DNA from: Hyphomonas sp.
GTDB lineage: Bacteria > Pseudomonadota > Alphaproteobacteria > Caulobacterales > Hyphomonadaceae
NCBI GenBank assembly: GCA_041739025.1
Contig: JBGSOU010000457.1
Location: 1 to 50,841 of the forward strand
Direction of reading: 5' to 3'
Length of the DNA: 50,841 nt
Below, piece after piece: positions 11,578 through 21,393 of this stretch; position 1 is the first letter of the stretch; each line of letters opens with the position of its first letter. The notes beneath the pieces are model-generated. The model did no database searches. It was not told the origin of the DNA and worked only from the letters and a program-made list of their open reading frames with translations. A program made the translations under genes and the position numbers.

Positions 11578-12605
11578 CAGAAGGCCCGCTTTCCACATCT
11601 CTGAAGGCTATTGCGCGCGGCGAGCCGCTGCAATCGGAGCTGCTGGAACAGGCATTCGACGCCTTGCTGACCGGCGAGGCCGCACCGGAAGAAACCGGCG
11701 CCTTCCTGATGGGCCTTGCCGTTCGCGGTGAAACGTCGGGCGAACTGGTCGCGGGCGCGCGGATGATGCGCAGGCACGCTCGCAGGGTAACCATCGACGG
11801 CCCGCTGCTGGACACGTGCGGTACCGGTGGCCTGTCCTGGAAAAGCCTCAACACTTCGACGGCCAGCGCGCTCGTCATCGCAGCGGCCGGCGGGCGGGTC
11901 GCCAAACACGGGAACCGGTCGGTTCCGCCCAAGACCGGATCGGCAGACGTTCTCGAAGCCCTCGGCGTCAATCTTGATGTCGACGAGCGCACATTGCAGG
12001 ATTGCATCGCGAAAGCCGGCGTCGGCTTCATGTTTGCGCGCACCCATCACAGCGCAATGCGCCATGTCGCGCCCATCCGGACAAAGCTCGGGATCCGGAC
12101 GATTTTCAATTTGCTCGGCCCCCTGACCAATCCAGCGGGCGCGCAGCATCAGGTGCTCGGTGTCTGGGCGCCGGAATGGGTGCGTCCAATGGCCGAGGCC
12201 CTGCACGAACTTGGCACGGCCCGGTCCTGGGTCGTGCATGGTCTCGACGGAATTGATGAAATCTCGATCTCCGGCGTGACCCGCGTCTGTGAAATCACGC
12301 CGGCCGGTATCCGGTCGTTTGAAATCGAACCGTCTGTTGCGGGCTTGCCGAGCCATCCCCTGTCGATGCTCGAAGGGGTCGATGTGCAAGGCAATGCCGA
12401 AGCGATCCTCGACCTGTTTGACGGTCATGAGGGTCCGTTTCGGGACATGGTGCTGCTGAACGCGGCCGCGGGCCTTTTGATGCTCGGCCGCGCGGAGGAC
12501 CTGAAGCACGGCGCCGTTCTGGCGGCAGAGGCCCTTGATTCCGGAAAAACGCGCGAAACCCTTCAGAAGCTTCGGGAGGCGTCCAATGGCGAGCCCGGCG
12601 CATGA
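11574..12605 (+). CDS. trpD: Anthranilate phosphoribosyltransferase
   Basis: DTCGTGG, NTST, KHGNRS, GSADVLEALG, RTIFNLLGPLTNP and DGIDEIS. Confidence 0.97.
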   Translation: MTEGPLSTSLKAIARGEPLQSELLEQAFDALLTGEAAPEETGAFLMGLAVRGETSGELVAGARMMRRHARRVTIDGPLLDTCGTGGLSWKSLNTSTASALVIAAAGGRVAKHGNRSVPPKTGSADVLEALGVNLDVDERTLQDCIAKAGVGFMFARTHHSAMRHVAPIRTKLGIRTIFNLLGPLTNPAGAQHQVLGVWAPEWVRPMAEALHELGTARSWVVHGLDGIDEISISGVTRVCEITPAGIRSFEIEPSVAGLPSHPLSMLEGVDVQGNAEAILDLFDGHEGPFRDMVLLNAAAGLLMLGRAEDLKHGAVLAAEALDSGKTRETLQKLREASNGEPGA

Positions 12606-13396
12606 CAACCGCGCTCGACCGTATTCTGGAATACAAGGCAGACGAAGTCCGTGCCCTGAAAGCCGCGCGCACGGTGTCCAGCCTGTTCTCAGAGGCGCAG
12701 GCCCAGATGCCGGCCCGCGGGTTTGCTGCCGCCCTGGACCGGATTGCAGACGCGGGTGAAAACGCGCTGATCTGCGAGATCAAACGCAAGTCGCCCAGTG
12801 CCGGCGAAATCCTGGCGGGCGCTGATGCACCCGGTATCGCCCTGGACTACGAACGCGGCGGCGCCGCCTGCCTTTCGGTGCTGACAGACCTGCCGAGTTT
12901 CGGCGGTACGCTGGCAGACTTCGAAGCCATCCGCGCAGCGGTCCGCCTGCCGATGCTGCGCAAGGACTTCATGATCGACCCGCTGCAGATTCTGGAATCC
13001 CGGGCGCACGGGGCAGACTGCATCCTCATCATCCTGAGCGCAGTGGACGATGCCTGCGCCGCCGATCTTGGCCAGGCCGCAACTGACCTTGGTATGGACG
13101 TGCTCGTGGAGACCCATGACGAGGCCGAACTCGACCGCGCCCTGCGCCTTCCTTTCCGCCTCGTCGGCGCAAACAACCGCGACCTTAAACGCATGGTCAC
13201 CGATCTCGGCACCAGTGAACGGCTTGCGCCGCTCCTGCCGGCGGGCCGAAACCTGATCTCCGAGAGCGGAATATCCGATCCCGCCCATATCAGCCGGCTG
13301 CGCGGATTCGGAATCCGGAGGTTCCTGATCGGCGAAAGCTTGATGAAACGGCCCGACAGGGCGGACTTCACCGGCGCGCTGCGCCGCGCAATCTGA
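12602..13396 (+). CDS. trpC: Indole-3-glycerol-phosphate synthase
   Basis: [35 protein letters not shown] and LIGESLM. Confidence 0.97.
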   Translation: MTTALDRILEYKADEVRALKAARTVSSLFSEAQAQMPARGFAAALDRIADAGENALICEIKRKSPSAGEILAGADAPGIALDYERGGAACLSVLTDLPSFGGTLADFEAIRAAVRLPMLRKDFMIDPLQILESRAHGADCILIILSAVDDACAADLGQAATDLGMDVLVETHDEAELDRALRLPFRLVGANNRDLKRMVTDLGTSERLAPLLPAGRNLISESGISDPAHISRLRGFGIRRFLIGESLMKRPDRADFTGALRRAI

Positions 13397-13440
13397 GCGG
13401 GCTGGCGGCGAAAAGCCTCCGATCTGTCCGCCAGAACAGG

Positions 13441-13469
13441 TTGACCCGAAACGAGAACACACATAGAAC
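13441..13469 (+). promoter_or_regulatory. Putative lexA sigma70 promoter
   Basis: TTGACC (13441-13446), 17-nt spacer, TAGAAC (13464-13469). Confidence 0.55.
13455..13469 (+). promoter_or_regulatory. Alphaproteobacterial SOS box (LexA operator) GAAC-N7-GAAC
   Basis: GAACacacataGAAC, 37 nt upstream of the lexA ATG. Matches the GTTC-N7-GTTC direct-repeat operator of Alphaproteobacteria. Confidence 0.9.
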
Positions 13470-13506
13470 ACAAGTGAACATAGAATCACTTGGGAAGGCC
13501 CGCGCC

Positions 13507-14187
13507 ATGCTGACCAGCAAGCAGAGAGAACTACTTCTCTTCATCAATGACCGCATTCTGGAAACGGGCGTTTCGCCCTCCTTTGACGAAATGAAGGAAG
13601 CGCTCGACCTGGCATCGAAGTCGGGCATCCATCGTTTGATCACAGCGCTTGAAGAGCGCGGGTTCATCCGGAGACTCGCGAACCGGGCGCGGGCGCTGGA
13701 AGTCCTGAAGCTGCCAGACTCGGCGGCGCCCCTGCCGGCCTCGCGCCAACGGCGGGACTTCAGACCCGCCCTGGTGGCCAACCAGGTGTCGGACGGTCAT
13801 CGCCCGGGGATGATCCCGCTCGTCGGCCGCATTGCGGCCGGGTCACCGATCTCGGCGATCCAGCAGGACAACGGCCACGTACCCGCGCCAACAGACGTTT
13901 CGGATGGCGATGATTACTTCGCGCTGGAAGTTCAGGGCGACTCGATGATTCAGGCCGGAATCCTCAACGGGGATATTGTGATCCTGAAGCGCACGAACAG
14001 CGCGCAGACCGGTGACATTGTCGTGGCGTTGATCGACAGCGAAGAAGCGACCCTCAAGCGCCTCCGGCGCAAGGGCGCTTCTGTCGCCCTCGAAGCCGCC
14101 AATCCTGCCTATGAAACCCGCATTTTTGGACCGGACAGGGTTGAAGTCCAGGGCCGGCTCGTCTCGCTCGTCCGCAAGTACGACTGA
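13507..14187 (+). CDS. lexA: SOS repressor LexA
   Basis: [33 protein letters not shown] cleavage site, GDSM (Ser) and EATLKR (Lys). Start at ATG 13507. Confidence 0.98.
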   Translation: MLTSKQRELLLFINDRILETGVSPSFDEMKEALDLASKSGIHRLITALEERGFIRRLANRARALEVLKLPDSAAPLPASRQRRDFRPALVANQVSDGHRPGMIPLVGRIAAGSPISAIQQDNGHVPAPTDVSDGDDYFALEVQGDSMIQAGILNGDIVILKRTNSAQTGDIVVALIDSEEATLKRLRRKGASVALEAANPAYETRIFGPDRVEVQGRLVSLVRKYD

Positions 14188-14198
14188 GGCCGCGGCCA

Positions 14199-14643
14199 TC
14201 AAGGCGCCGTCAGGGTGGGCGTGCTGTCCAAACGCGCGGGCACGACGTCCACGAGTTTTTCGCCGTCCTTGTACAGGGTCCTGCTTCCGTTCTGGCGGAC
14301 GCGCTCCCAGGTCCAGCAGGCGGGGAGGGTGCCATCGAGTGACGCCGGCGAAGCGGTCGTCTCGAAGCAAACTTCACGCGGGTCGGATCGCTTCACCATG
14401 ACAACTTTGCCTGGGCCTGTATCGAACGCGCAGATGGGTTCGGTGCATTCAGATCCGGCCACTTTGGAATAGCGGGGCGGCCGCACTTGAAACCGCTGTA
14501 AATCCGGGCTCGAACGGTACCGAAAAGTAGACAGCTGCGCCCCCGCAAACAGCAAAGGCGAGCACCAGGGGAAGGCTATCCATCCCGACAAGAGACGCAG
14601 CACCGCGGAGTATCCCTGGTCCCGGCGGCCCTCCCCCTTGCAC
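14199..14643 (-). pseudogene. comEC: Probable ComEC/Rec2 competence gene remnant (N- and C-terminal fragments out of frame, core missing)
   Basis: Occupies the lexA-comEC-gltX syntenic slot. Frame 1 gives a TM segment ending AAVYFSVPFEP (ComEC-like N-terminus). A different frame gives a Cys-spaced ECTEPICAF...EVC...AC...NGSRTLY tail (ComEC-like C-terminus). Only 445 bp in total. Confidence 0.6.
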
Positions 14644-14714
14644 TTGTAGTCATCCTCGTGTTTCTGCACCCCGTCGGCGGCGCTCGCGCCGTCCTTGCGG
14701 AGATGACCCTGATC

Positions 14715-16202
14715 ATGCGCGTTGTGACGCGGTTTGCCCCTTCCCCGACGGGGATGCTGCACATTGGAGGGGCACGTACCGCACTTTTCAACTACCTGTT
14801 CGCGAAAAAATACGCGGGGCGGTTCCTGTTGAGAATCGAAGACACCGATCATGAGCGGTCCACGCCTGAAGCGACCGCCGCGATTCTGGACGCGATGAGC
14901 TGGCTGGGCCTCGACGCGGATGAGCCACCCGTGATGCAATCGGCGCAAGCTGCACGCCATGCCGCCGTTGCGCACGAAATGGTGGCGCGCGGCACAGCCT
15001 TTCGCTGCTATGTCAGCGCTGAAGCCTTGCAGGCCCGCCGAGACCTCGGAGAAGAGAAGCGGCTGGCCGCGCGGGAGGAAGGCCTGAGCGAAGCTTCGCG
15101 CGCGTCTTTGCTCGAGGAAGCGGGCGCCCTGCTCGCTCCATTCCGCTCGCCGTGGCGGGATGGCGGCGATCCGCCCGCGCCGGATGCCCCTTTTGTCGTG
15201 CGCCTTCGCGCGCCGGATGGCGGTGACCAGACCGTCGAGGACGGTGTGCAGGGCACGGTCAAGGTGCATGCTTCGGAAATAGACGACCTGATTCTGCTGC
15301 GCACAGACGGCACTCCGACTTACATGCTCGCGGTTGTGGTGGATGATCACGACATGGGCGTAACGCACGTGATCCGGGGTGATGATCACCTGCGCAACAC
15401 GTTCCGCCAGATTCCGATCTACAAGGCGATGGACTGGGCTGTGCCGGCCTTCTCGCATCTGCCGATGATCCACGGCAATGACGGCGCGAAGCTGTCGAAG
15501 CGACACGGGGCGCTGTCCACGACCGTTTACCGGGATCTCGGATACCTTCCGGAAGGACTCAAAGCCTACCTTTTGCGTCTCGGCTGGAGCCATGGCGATC
15601 AGGAGATATTCACGGAAGCGGAAGCGATCCGCCTGTTCGACCTCGACGGCATCAATAAGGCGCCCGCGCGGCTCGACCTTGAAAAGCTTGGCACCGTGAA
15701 CGCCCATTTCATGCGTCTGGCGGACGATGACCGGTTGTTCGCATTGCTGCGTCCCTTTCTTGAGACAAGCGGCCATTTGGCCGAAGGCCGGCTCACAAGG
15801 ATCCGCAAGGCCCTGCCCTTCATGAAAGACCGCGGTGCGACCCTGGTGGAACTGGCCGCGGCTTTCGCCTTCATTCGCGCTGAACGGCCTCTGGACCTTG
15901 CCAAAAATGCGAGAAAAGCCCTCTCGGAAGAGGGCGTGGACCGGTTGAAGGCGTTTTCTGCGGAATTGAGTGCTCTGGCAGACTGGTCCACCGCTAGCAT
16001 TTCGGAAACGATCACGACATATTGCACTGCAACAGGCCTATCTATGGGGCAGATAGGTCCTCCTTTGCGGGCGGCATTGACGGGCGGCTTACCTGCTCCC
16101 GATCTGGCGCCGGTCATGGATTGGCTCGGGCGCGACGAAACGCTCGGGCGCATTGGGGATCAGATACGGAATCGCGCTGGCACCAGCGCCTCGAGTAATT
16201 GA
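14715..16202 (+). CDS. gltX: Glutamate--tRNA ligase
   Basis: RFAPSPTG-x-LHIGG, LRIEDTD, VVDDH, IRGDDHL and KLSKR. The start could instead be ATG 14703. Confidence 0.97.
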   Translation: MRVVTRFAPSPTGMLHIGGARTALFNYLFAKKYAGRFLLRIEDTDHERSTPEATAAILDAMSWLGLDADEPPVMQSAQAARHAAVAHEMVARGTAFRCYVSAEALQARRDLGEEKRLAAREEGLSEASRASLLEEAGALLAPFRSPWRDGGDPPAPDAPFVVRLRAPDGGDQTVEDGVQGTVKVHASEIDDLILLRTDGTPTYMLAVVVDDHDMGVTHVIRGDDHLRNTFRQIPIYKAMDWAVPAFSHLPMIHGNDGAKLSKRHGALSTTVYRDLGYLPEGLKAYLLRLGWSHGDQEIFTEAEAIRLFDLDGINKAPARLDLEKLGTVNAHFMRLADDDRLFALLRPFLETSGHLAEGRLTRIRKALPFMKDRGATLVELAAAFAFIRAERPLDLAKNARKALSEEGVDRLKAFSAELSALADWSTASISETITTYCTATGLSMGQIGPPLRAALTGGLPAPDLAPVMDWLGRDETLGRIGDQIRNRAGTSASSN

Positions 16203-16221
16203 ACGAACAGGGAAAAAGCTG

Positions 16222-17526
16222 ATGGAAAACAAAGTCAAGAACGCTGGCGTCGCGAAGCTAGAAGTCGCCGGCAAGTCGGTCGACCTTCCCGTGTATTCGG
16301 GGACTCATGGGCCGAACGTCATCGATATCCGCAAGCTTTACGCCGAGACCGATCACTTCACGCTCGACCCGGGGTTCACCTCGACGGGCAGCTGCGAAAG
16401 CCAGATCACCTTTATCGACGGTGATGAAGGCGTGCTGCTGCATCGTGGCTACCCGATCGAGCAGCTCGCAGAAAAGTCAAACTATCTCGAGCTCTGCTAC
16501 CTCCTCCTCAATGGCGAACTGCCGAGCAAGTCTCAGTCGGACACCTTCTCGAAGGAAGTGCGCCAGCATACGCTGCTGCACACCCAGCAGGACAAGTTCT
16601 TCGAAGGCTTCCGCCGTGACAGCCACCCGATGGCCATGCTCACCGGTGCGGTCGGCGGCATGGCGGCTTTCTATCCGGGCGCCATGGGCAACGAAGATCC
16701 CGAGGAGCGCCGCATCAGTTCAATCCGCCTGATCGCCAAGATGCCGACGATTGCTGCGCGATGCATGAAGTACAATCTGGGCCAGCGCTTTGTTGATCCC
16801 ATCAACAAGCTCTCCTACTCGGAAAACTTCCTGAACATGTGCTTCTCGGTGACGGCCGAGGACTATGAGATCAATCCGGTCCTGGCGCGCGCCATGGACC
16901 GGTTCTTCATGCTCCATGCCGATCACGAACAGAATGCGTCGACGTCCACCGTGCGACTCGTGGCGTCGTCGGGTGCGCATCCGTTCGCGGCGATTGCCGC
17001 CGGCGTCGCAAGCCTCTGGGGCCCCAGCCACGGCGGCGCAAACGAAGCGGCGCTGCGCCAGCTTCGGGAGATCGGCTCGCTCGACAAGGTGCCCGAGTTC
17101 GTCAAGATGGCGAAAGACAAGTCCAGCGGCATCCGCCTGATGGGCTTCGGTCACCGGGTCTACAAGAATTACGATCCGCGGGCGAAAGTCATGCAGAAGA
17201 CGTGCTACGAAGTGCTCGACGCGCTGGATCTGCACGATCATCCTCTTCTGAAAGTGGCGATGGAACTGGAGCGCATTGCGCTTCAGGACGATTACTTCAT
17301 CGACAAGAAGCTCTACCCGAACGTCGACTTCTATTCGGGCATCATCCTCGAAGCGATGGGTTTCCCGACCAAGATGTTCACCGTGCTGTTCGCTGTGGCG
17401 CGAACCGTCGGCTGGGTGTCGCAACTGAGCGAGATGCTGGAAGATCCGACCCAGAAGATCGGCCGTCCGCGCCAGATCTATACCGGCGCCGCGCTGCGCG
17501 ATTACACGCCGATCACGAGCCGCTAA
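16222..17526 (+). CDS. gltA: Citrate synthase (type II)
   Basis: [37 protein letters not shown] and [10 protein letters not shown]. Start at ATG 16222. Confidence 0.98.
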   Translation: MENKVKNAGVAKLEVAGKSVDLPVYSGTHGPNVIDIRKLYAETDHFTLDPGFTSTGSCESQITFIDGDEGVLLHRGYPIEQLAEKSNYLELCYLLLNGELPSKSQSDTFSKEVRQHTLLHTQQDKFFEGFRRDSHPMAMLTGAVGGMAAFYPGAMGNEDPEERRISSIRLIAKMPTIAARCMKYNLGQRFVDPINKLSYSENFLNMCFSVTAEDYEINPVLARAMDRFFMLHADHEQNASTSTVRLVASSGAHPFAAIAAGVASLWGPSHGGANEAALRQLREIGSLDKVPEFVKMAKDKSSGIRLMGFGHRVYKNYDPRAKVMQKTCYEVLDALDLHDHPLLKVAMELERIALQDDYFIDKKLYPNVDFYSGIILEAMGFPTKMFTVLFAVARTVGWVSQLSEMLEDPTQKIGRPRQIYTGAALRDYTPITSR

Positions 17527-18673
17527 ACGCGGCCAGTTCTTCGAGGATGGCGCCTGCTGCAATCTCGGCGGCAGGCGCGCCTTCGTGAACGAGCGCCTTC
17601 AAAGCTTGCTTTTGCCGTGTGCGCTGGGCCGCCAGTGTTTCCGGATTGCCGAGCCAGCTGAGCGCCTTGGCCGCAACAAGATCCGCATCCAGACGGGTTT
17701 GGACGAACTCGGGCACGATTTCGATATCGCCATTCAGGATATTGAGCAGCGTGATATGGACCTTCTTGTACAGGAAGCCCCGCGCCAAGGCCCAGGTGAT
17801 CCAGCCTGTCTTGTAGCCAACAATCATCGGCGTACCTTGCATCGCCACTTCGCTGGTGACCGTCCCTGAACAAGCCAGCGCGAGCGTGGACGCGGCCATG
17901 GCGTCATACCGTTCGGACGGATCGACATGGAGGTCAGCCCAGGTTTGGATGTCCGGAAACCGCGTCCGGAAGGCCTCCAGAATGCTTGCGGCCGGTTGCA
18001 CGATGACCCGTATTTGTGGCGCCTGTTCCTTGATCTGCCTAGCTGCGTCCAGAAGGATCGGCGCGACGCCAGCCACTTCACTTCGCCGGCTGCCCGGCAG
18101 AACCAGAATGACAGGCGCGTCCGGACCGATGTCATGCGCGCGCCGGAACGCGTCCCCGTCGCCCGCTTGACCGCGTGCGAGCGCCGGATTGCCAATCACC
18201 GTGACCTTCAATCCGAAGGGCTCATAGTACGGCGCTTCTATGTCGTGAATGCACAAGAGGTGATCGACGGTTCCGGCCAAGGTTTCCGCCCGCCCGGGAC
18301 GTGTCGCCCACACTTGAGGGCCTATCAGCTTGACCAGCCGGATGGATGGCGCACGCGCCCGCACTCTCTGCGCGACGCGAAGCATGAACCCCCAAGAGTC
18401 CACAAGCACCACCACCGCCGGGTTCTTCAGGCAAATGTCATCAGCAACCGCATCGGCCAGTTCGATGACCTTCCGGTAGATCTTCAAGCCCTCAAAAAGT
18501 CCGAGAACGGATAAAGGTGATATGTCGATCGGCGAGTGTATGCCAATCGACGCCATCTCCGATCCGCCTGTTCCATCAATCCGTGTATCGGGATGCTGGC
18601 GGCGCACGGCTTCAATCACCTCGCGCGCCAACAAGTCTCCCGATGCTTCGGCGGCAACGAAGTAGAGCGACAT
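17513..18673 (-). CDS. lpxB: Lipid-A-disaccharide synthase
   Basis: [22 protein letters not shown] and SGTVT; lpx cluster position. Confidence 0.95.
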   Translation of the reverse strand: MSLYFVAAEASGDLLAREVIEAVRRQHPDTRIDGTGGSEMASIGIHSPIDISPLSVLGLFEGLKIYRKVIELADAVADDICLKNPAVVVLVDSWGFMLRVAQRVRARAPSIRLVKLIGPQVWATRPGRAETLAGTVDHLLCIHDIEAPYYEPFGLKVTVIGNPALARGQAGDGDAFRRAHDIGPDAPVILVLPGSRRSEVAGVAPILLDAARQIKEQAPQIRVIVQPAASILEAFRTRFPDIQTWADLHVDPSERYDAMAASTLALACSGTVTSEVAMQGTPMIVGYKTGWITWALARGFLYKKVHITLLNILNGDIEIVPEFVQTRLDADLVAAKALSWLGNPETLAAQRTRQKQALKALVHEGAPAAEIAAGAILEELAAFSGS

Positions 18674-19524
18674 CAGCGGTCGAGACCAAGTTCAGGCTTG
18701 AACCCGAACAGAAACAAACCAAGCCGCTCGGCTGTTTCCATCATGGCAGGCCGGTTGAGCATCAGCGCGCCGCCCGCTTCGATGCCAATGCCGGCAAGTC
18801 CGGCGGCTGCGGCCAGTTCAACGGTGGAAACACCCGTCGTCGGCAGATCGATACGCCGTTCCTGCTCCGGCTTTGGCCGCTTCACCAGAACACCCCGGCG
18901 CGCGCCAACCCGGCCGCGGATCGCTTCCGGCAGCGCCGCACACCGGCGCAGCATTTCATCGGTCCCTTCCTGAGCCTCGACGGCCAGCACGAGCCCATCG
19001 CACACCACGCAGGCCTGGCCGATATCGAGCGCCCCGCTGGCCGCTGCAACGCGGGCCGCGACGAGCATGTCTCCAAGTGACATTTCGGAGGGCGGCGCGC
19101 CAGCAATCAAGCCCGCCGGAGCAAGCAGGTTCGCATGCGCCTGATCGCTTCCGATGACATTGAAACCGCTCTTCTCGAATTCACTGACGAGCACCCGCAG
19201 CAATGCGTCATCACCTTTGCGCGCTTCGCTCAGCACCTTCGGCAGCAGAGCCGCGCCCTTTAGGTCCAGTTTGAGGTCAGAGAAGTTCGGGCGGCGCACA
19301 ATTCCGGCAAAGACGAGGTCCTCGCAGCCTGCTGCGCGGAGCCGACTGATGACGGCACCGACCTCTCCCAAGCCGACAACACTGCCCGGATAGTCGGCAA
19401 GCCGGGGTTCCTCGAATCCCTTGAGCCGGAGCACGTGCACGCCCTGTCCGGTTGCAACGGCATTTTCAGCAATGGCTACAGGCAGATCGCCCAAGCCCGC
19501 TATCAAGCCCAGAGGAGCCGGCAT
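18673..19524 (-). CDS. lpxI: UDP-2,3-diacylglucosamine pyrophosphatase LpxI
   Basis: LGLIAG-x-GDLP, GDDALL, DIGQA, AVEAQEGTD and RIDLPTTG; lies between lpxA and lpxB. Start at ATG 19524. Confidence 0.93.
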   Translation of the reverse strand: MPAPLGLIAGLGDLPVAIAENAVATGQGVHVLRLKGFEEPRLADYPGSVVGLGEVGAVISRLRAAGCEDLVFAGIVRRPNFSDLKLDLKGAALLPKVLSEARKGDDALLRVLVSEFEKSGFNVIGSDQAHANLLAPAGLIAGAPPSEMSLGDMLVAARVAAASGALDIGQACVVCDGLVLAVEAQEGTDEMLRRCAALPEAIRGRVGARRGVLVKRPKPEQERRIDLPTTGVSTVELAAAAGLAGIGIEAGGALMLNRPAMMETAERLGLFLFGFKPELGLDR

Positions 19525-19528
19525 GCGC

Positions 19529-20320
19529 TTAGCCCGGCTTGCAGATCGGGCGATCGCCGCCCTCACGAATGAAGTTGATCAACTCCATCGCCAAGGGCCT
19601 TTCGGCGAAAGCTTCGACGGCGGCGTCGAGACGCTGCTTGAACAGACCGGCGCCCTCGAACACTGCCTTGTAAGCGGACCGGATTTCATGGAGATCCGCT
19701 TTGGAGAATCCCCGGCGCTTGAGGCCAACCGTGTTCAATCCCGCCAGCTTGGCATGATTGCCGACGACTGAGCCAAAAGGAATGACATCTTCGACCACGA
19801 TGGCGCCGCCACCGATGAAGGCATTTCGGCCGATACGGCTGAACTGGTGAACGGCCGACAACCCGCCAAACCAGACATTGTCGCCGACTTCGATATGACC
19901 CGCGAGCGAGACATTGTTGGCCATCACGATGTTATTGCCGAGACGGCAATCATGGGCGACGTGAGCGCCGATCATGATGTAGCAGTTTGTGCCCATGACC
20001 GTCAGCCCGCCGGTCTTGTGATAACCGGTATGCGCGGTGGCGTATTCGCGAAAGATACACCCGTCGCCCACTTCAAGCCGTGAATCGGGATGGTCTGACA
20101 CGCCGATCACCTGGGGCAGGCCGCCGAGCGCCGCGTGCGGGTGAAGCACGCAATCCTTGCCGACACGCGTGTGGCCGATCACGCTGGCATGCGAGATCAG
20201 GCGGGTACCGGCGCCGAGCTCTGCATCGGGGCCGACATGGCAGAAGGGGCCGATGGTGACGCCATCATCGAGCTTCGCGCCCGGCTCGACAACTGCGGAG
20301 GGGTGAACGGTCACGGTCAT
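19529..20320 (-). CDS. lpxA: UDP-N-acetylglucosamine O-acyltransferase
   Basis: Hexapeptide repeats, HVAHDC, LAGH, VHQF and GLN-x-VGLKRRGF. Confidence 0.96.
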   Translation of the reverse strand: MTVTVHPSAVVEPGAKLDDGVTIGPFCHVGPDAELGAGTRLISHASVIGHTRVGKDCVLHPHAALGGLPQVIGVSDHPDSRLEVGDGCIFREYATAHTGYHKTGGLTVMGTNCYIMIGAHVAHDCRLGNNIVMANNVSLAGHIEVGDNVWFGGLSAVHQFSRIGRNAFIGGGAIVVEDVIPFGSVVGNHAKLAGLNTVGLKRRGFSKADLHEIRSAYKAVFEGAGLFKQRLDAAVEAFAERPLAMELINFIREGGDRPICKPG

Positions 20321-20359
20321 GGAGTTTCGTTACCAGTGGATGGGCAGCAACGCCACCGC

Positions 20360-21376
20360 TCAATCTTTCTTCTTGGGCCGGGTCTGTTTGCTCAGCCAGG
20401 CGACTTCGCGCATCCATTCGCGGATCGGTTTTGCAGGCGTGCCGCCCCAGGTCTCGCCCGGCGCGACATCCCGGAACAGGCCGGAGGAGCCCGCAAGGCT
20501 GACCCCCTCCCCCACCTTAACATGGTCTGCAATCCCGACACGGCCGCCGAGCATCGACCCGTCGCCGACCCGTACCGACCCCGAAATCCCGCCAAAAGCC
20601 GCAACAATCACCGAGCGGCCCAACACGACGTTGTGCGCAATCTGACACAGGTTATCGATCTTGGTGCGCTCTCCGATGATGGTGTCCGCAAACACGCCGC
20701 GATCAATGCAGGTGTTCGCGCCCACCGTTACATGGTCCTGAAGGATCACCCGTCCGAAATGAGGCGCATCTTCCAGTCCGGCCGGACCCGGAATGACCCC
20801 GAACCCGGTTTCGCCGATCCGGGTGCCTGCGAGCAGCGTGACGAAATCTCCGAGCAGCGCACAATTGACGCTGGCACCAGCGCCGATGAACCCATGCCGG
20901 CCGACCTGGACGCCTGGCCCGATCACGGCGTTGGGACTGATGACCGTCCCCTCACCCACGGCCGCACCTGCGCCAATCACGGCGCCGGGGCAGATCACAG
21001 CTCCCGGATGCACCCGCGCACTGGCTGAAATGGCCGATGGTTCTGCGGGCCCGAGAAAGCGCGGTCGAAGCAAGGCGCGGGCGATGACGCTATGCGTATG
21101 GCGCGGCTGCCTTGATATGATCCGCGAGACGCCATCCGCCAAATGAGCACTAGCCGCCTCGTTGACGACAATCATCTGCAGCGCATGGCTCAAAGCCACC
21201 TGACCGGGATGGTCGCCCTCAAGGAAGGCCAGTTCACCCGGTCCGGCCGTAACAGCGGCGGCGACGCCCGAAATGTCCAGCCGGCCATCCCCTACGAGCA
21301 CGGCCCCGGCAAGCGCCGCAGCCGATTCTAGCGTCAAAGCCCCCAATGGCGCATAGAACCGGCTGTCGACAGTCAC
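20360..21376 (-). CDS. lpxD: UDP-3-O-(3-hydroxyacyl)glucosamine N-acyltransferase
   Basis: Hexapeptide repeats, [24 protein letters not shown] and GTPA. Confidence 0.96.
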   Translation of the reverse strand: MTVDSRFYAPLGALTLESAAALAGAVLVGDGRLDISGVAAAVTAGPGELAFLEGDHPGQVALSHALQMIVVNEAASAHLADGVSRIISRQPRHTHSVIARALLRPRFLGPAEPSAISASARVHPGAVICPGAVIGAGAAVGEGTVISPNAVIGPGVQVGRHGFIGAGASVNCALLGDFVTLLAGTRIGETGFGVIPGPAGLEDAPHFGRVILQDHVTVGANTCIDRGVFADTIIGERTKIDNLCQIAHNVVLGRSVIVAAFGGISGSVRVGDGSMLGGRVGIADHVKVGEGVSLAGSSGLFRDVAPGETWGGTPAKPIREWMREVAWLSKQTRPKKKD

Positions 21377-21393
21377 CGCTTACGTTCCCGCGC

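Noticed and set aside
13402-13434. 7-bp inverted repeat CTGGCGG/CCGCCAG after trpC as a terminator
   Set aside because: It has a 19-nt loop and no U-tract, which is too weak to call.
14199-15776. 525-aa minus-strand ORF that could be read as an intact comEC
   Set aside because: Most of it is the antisense shadow of gltX and it lacks multi-TM character. Only the last ~90 codons look ComEC-like.
16022-16048. Possible internal gltA promoter (TTGCAC...TATGGG) in the AT-richer 3' end of gltX
   Set aside because: The spacer is 15 nt and the -10 match is poor; unsupported without TSS data.
19529-21376. Repetitive-looking sequence in lpxA and lpxD
   Set aside because: Explained by the hexapeptide beta-helix repeats of these acyltransferases, not a DNA repeat array.
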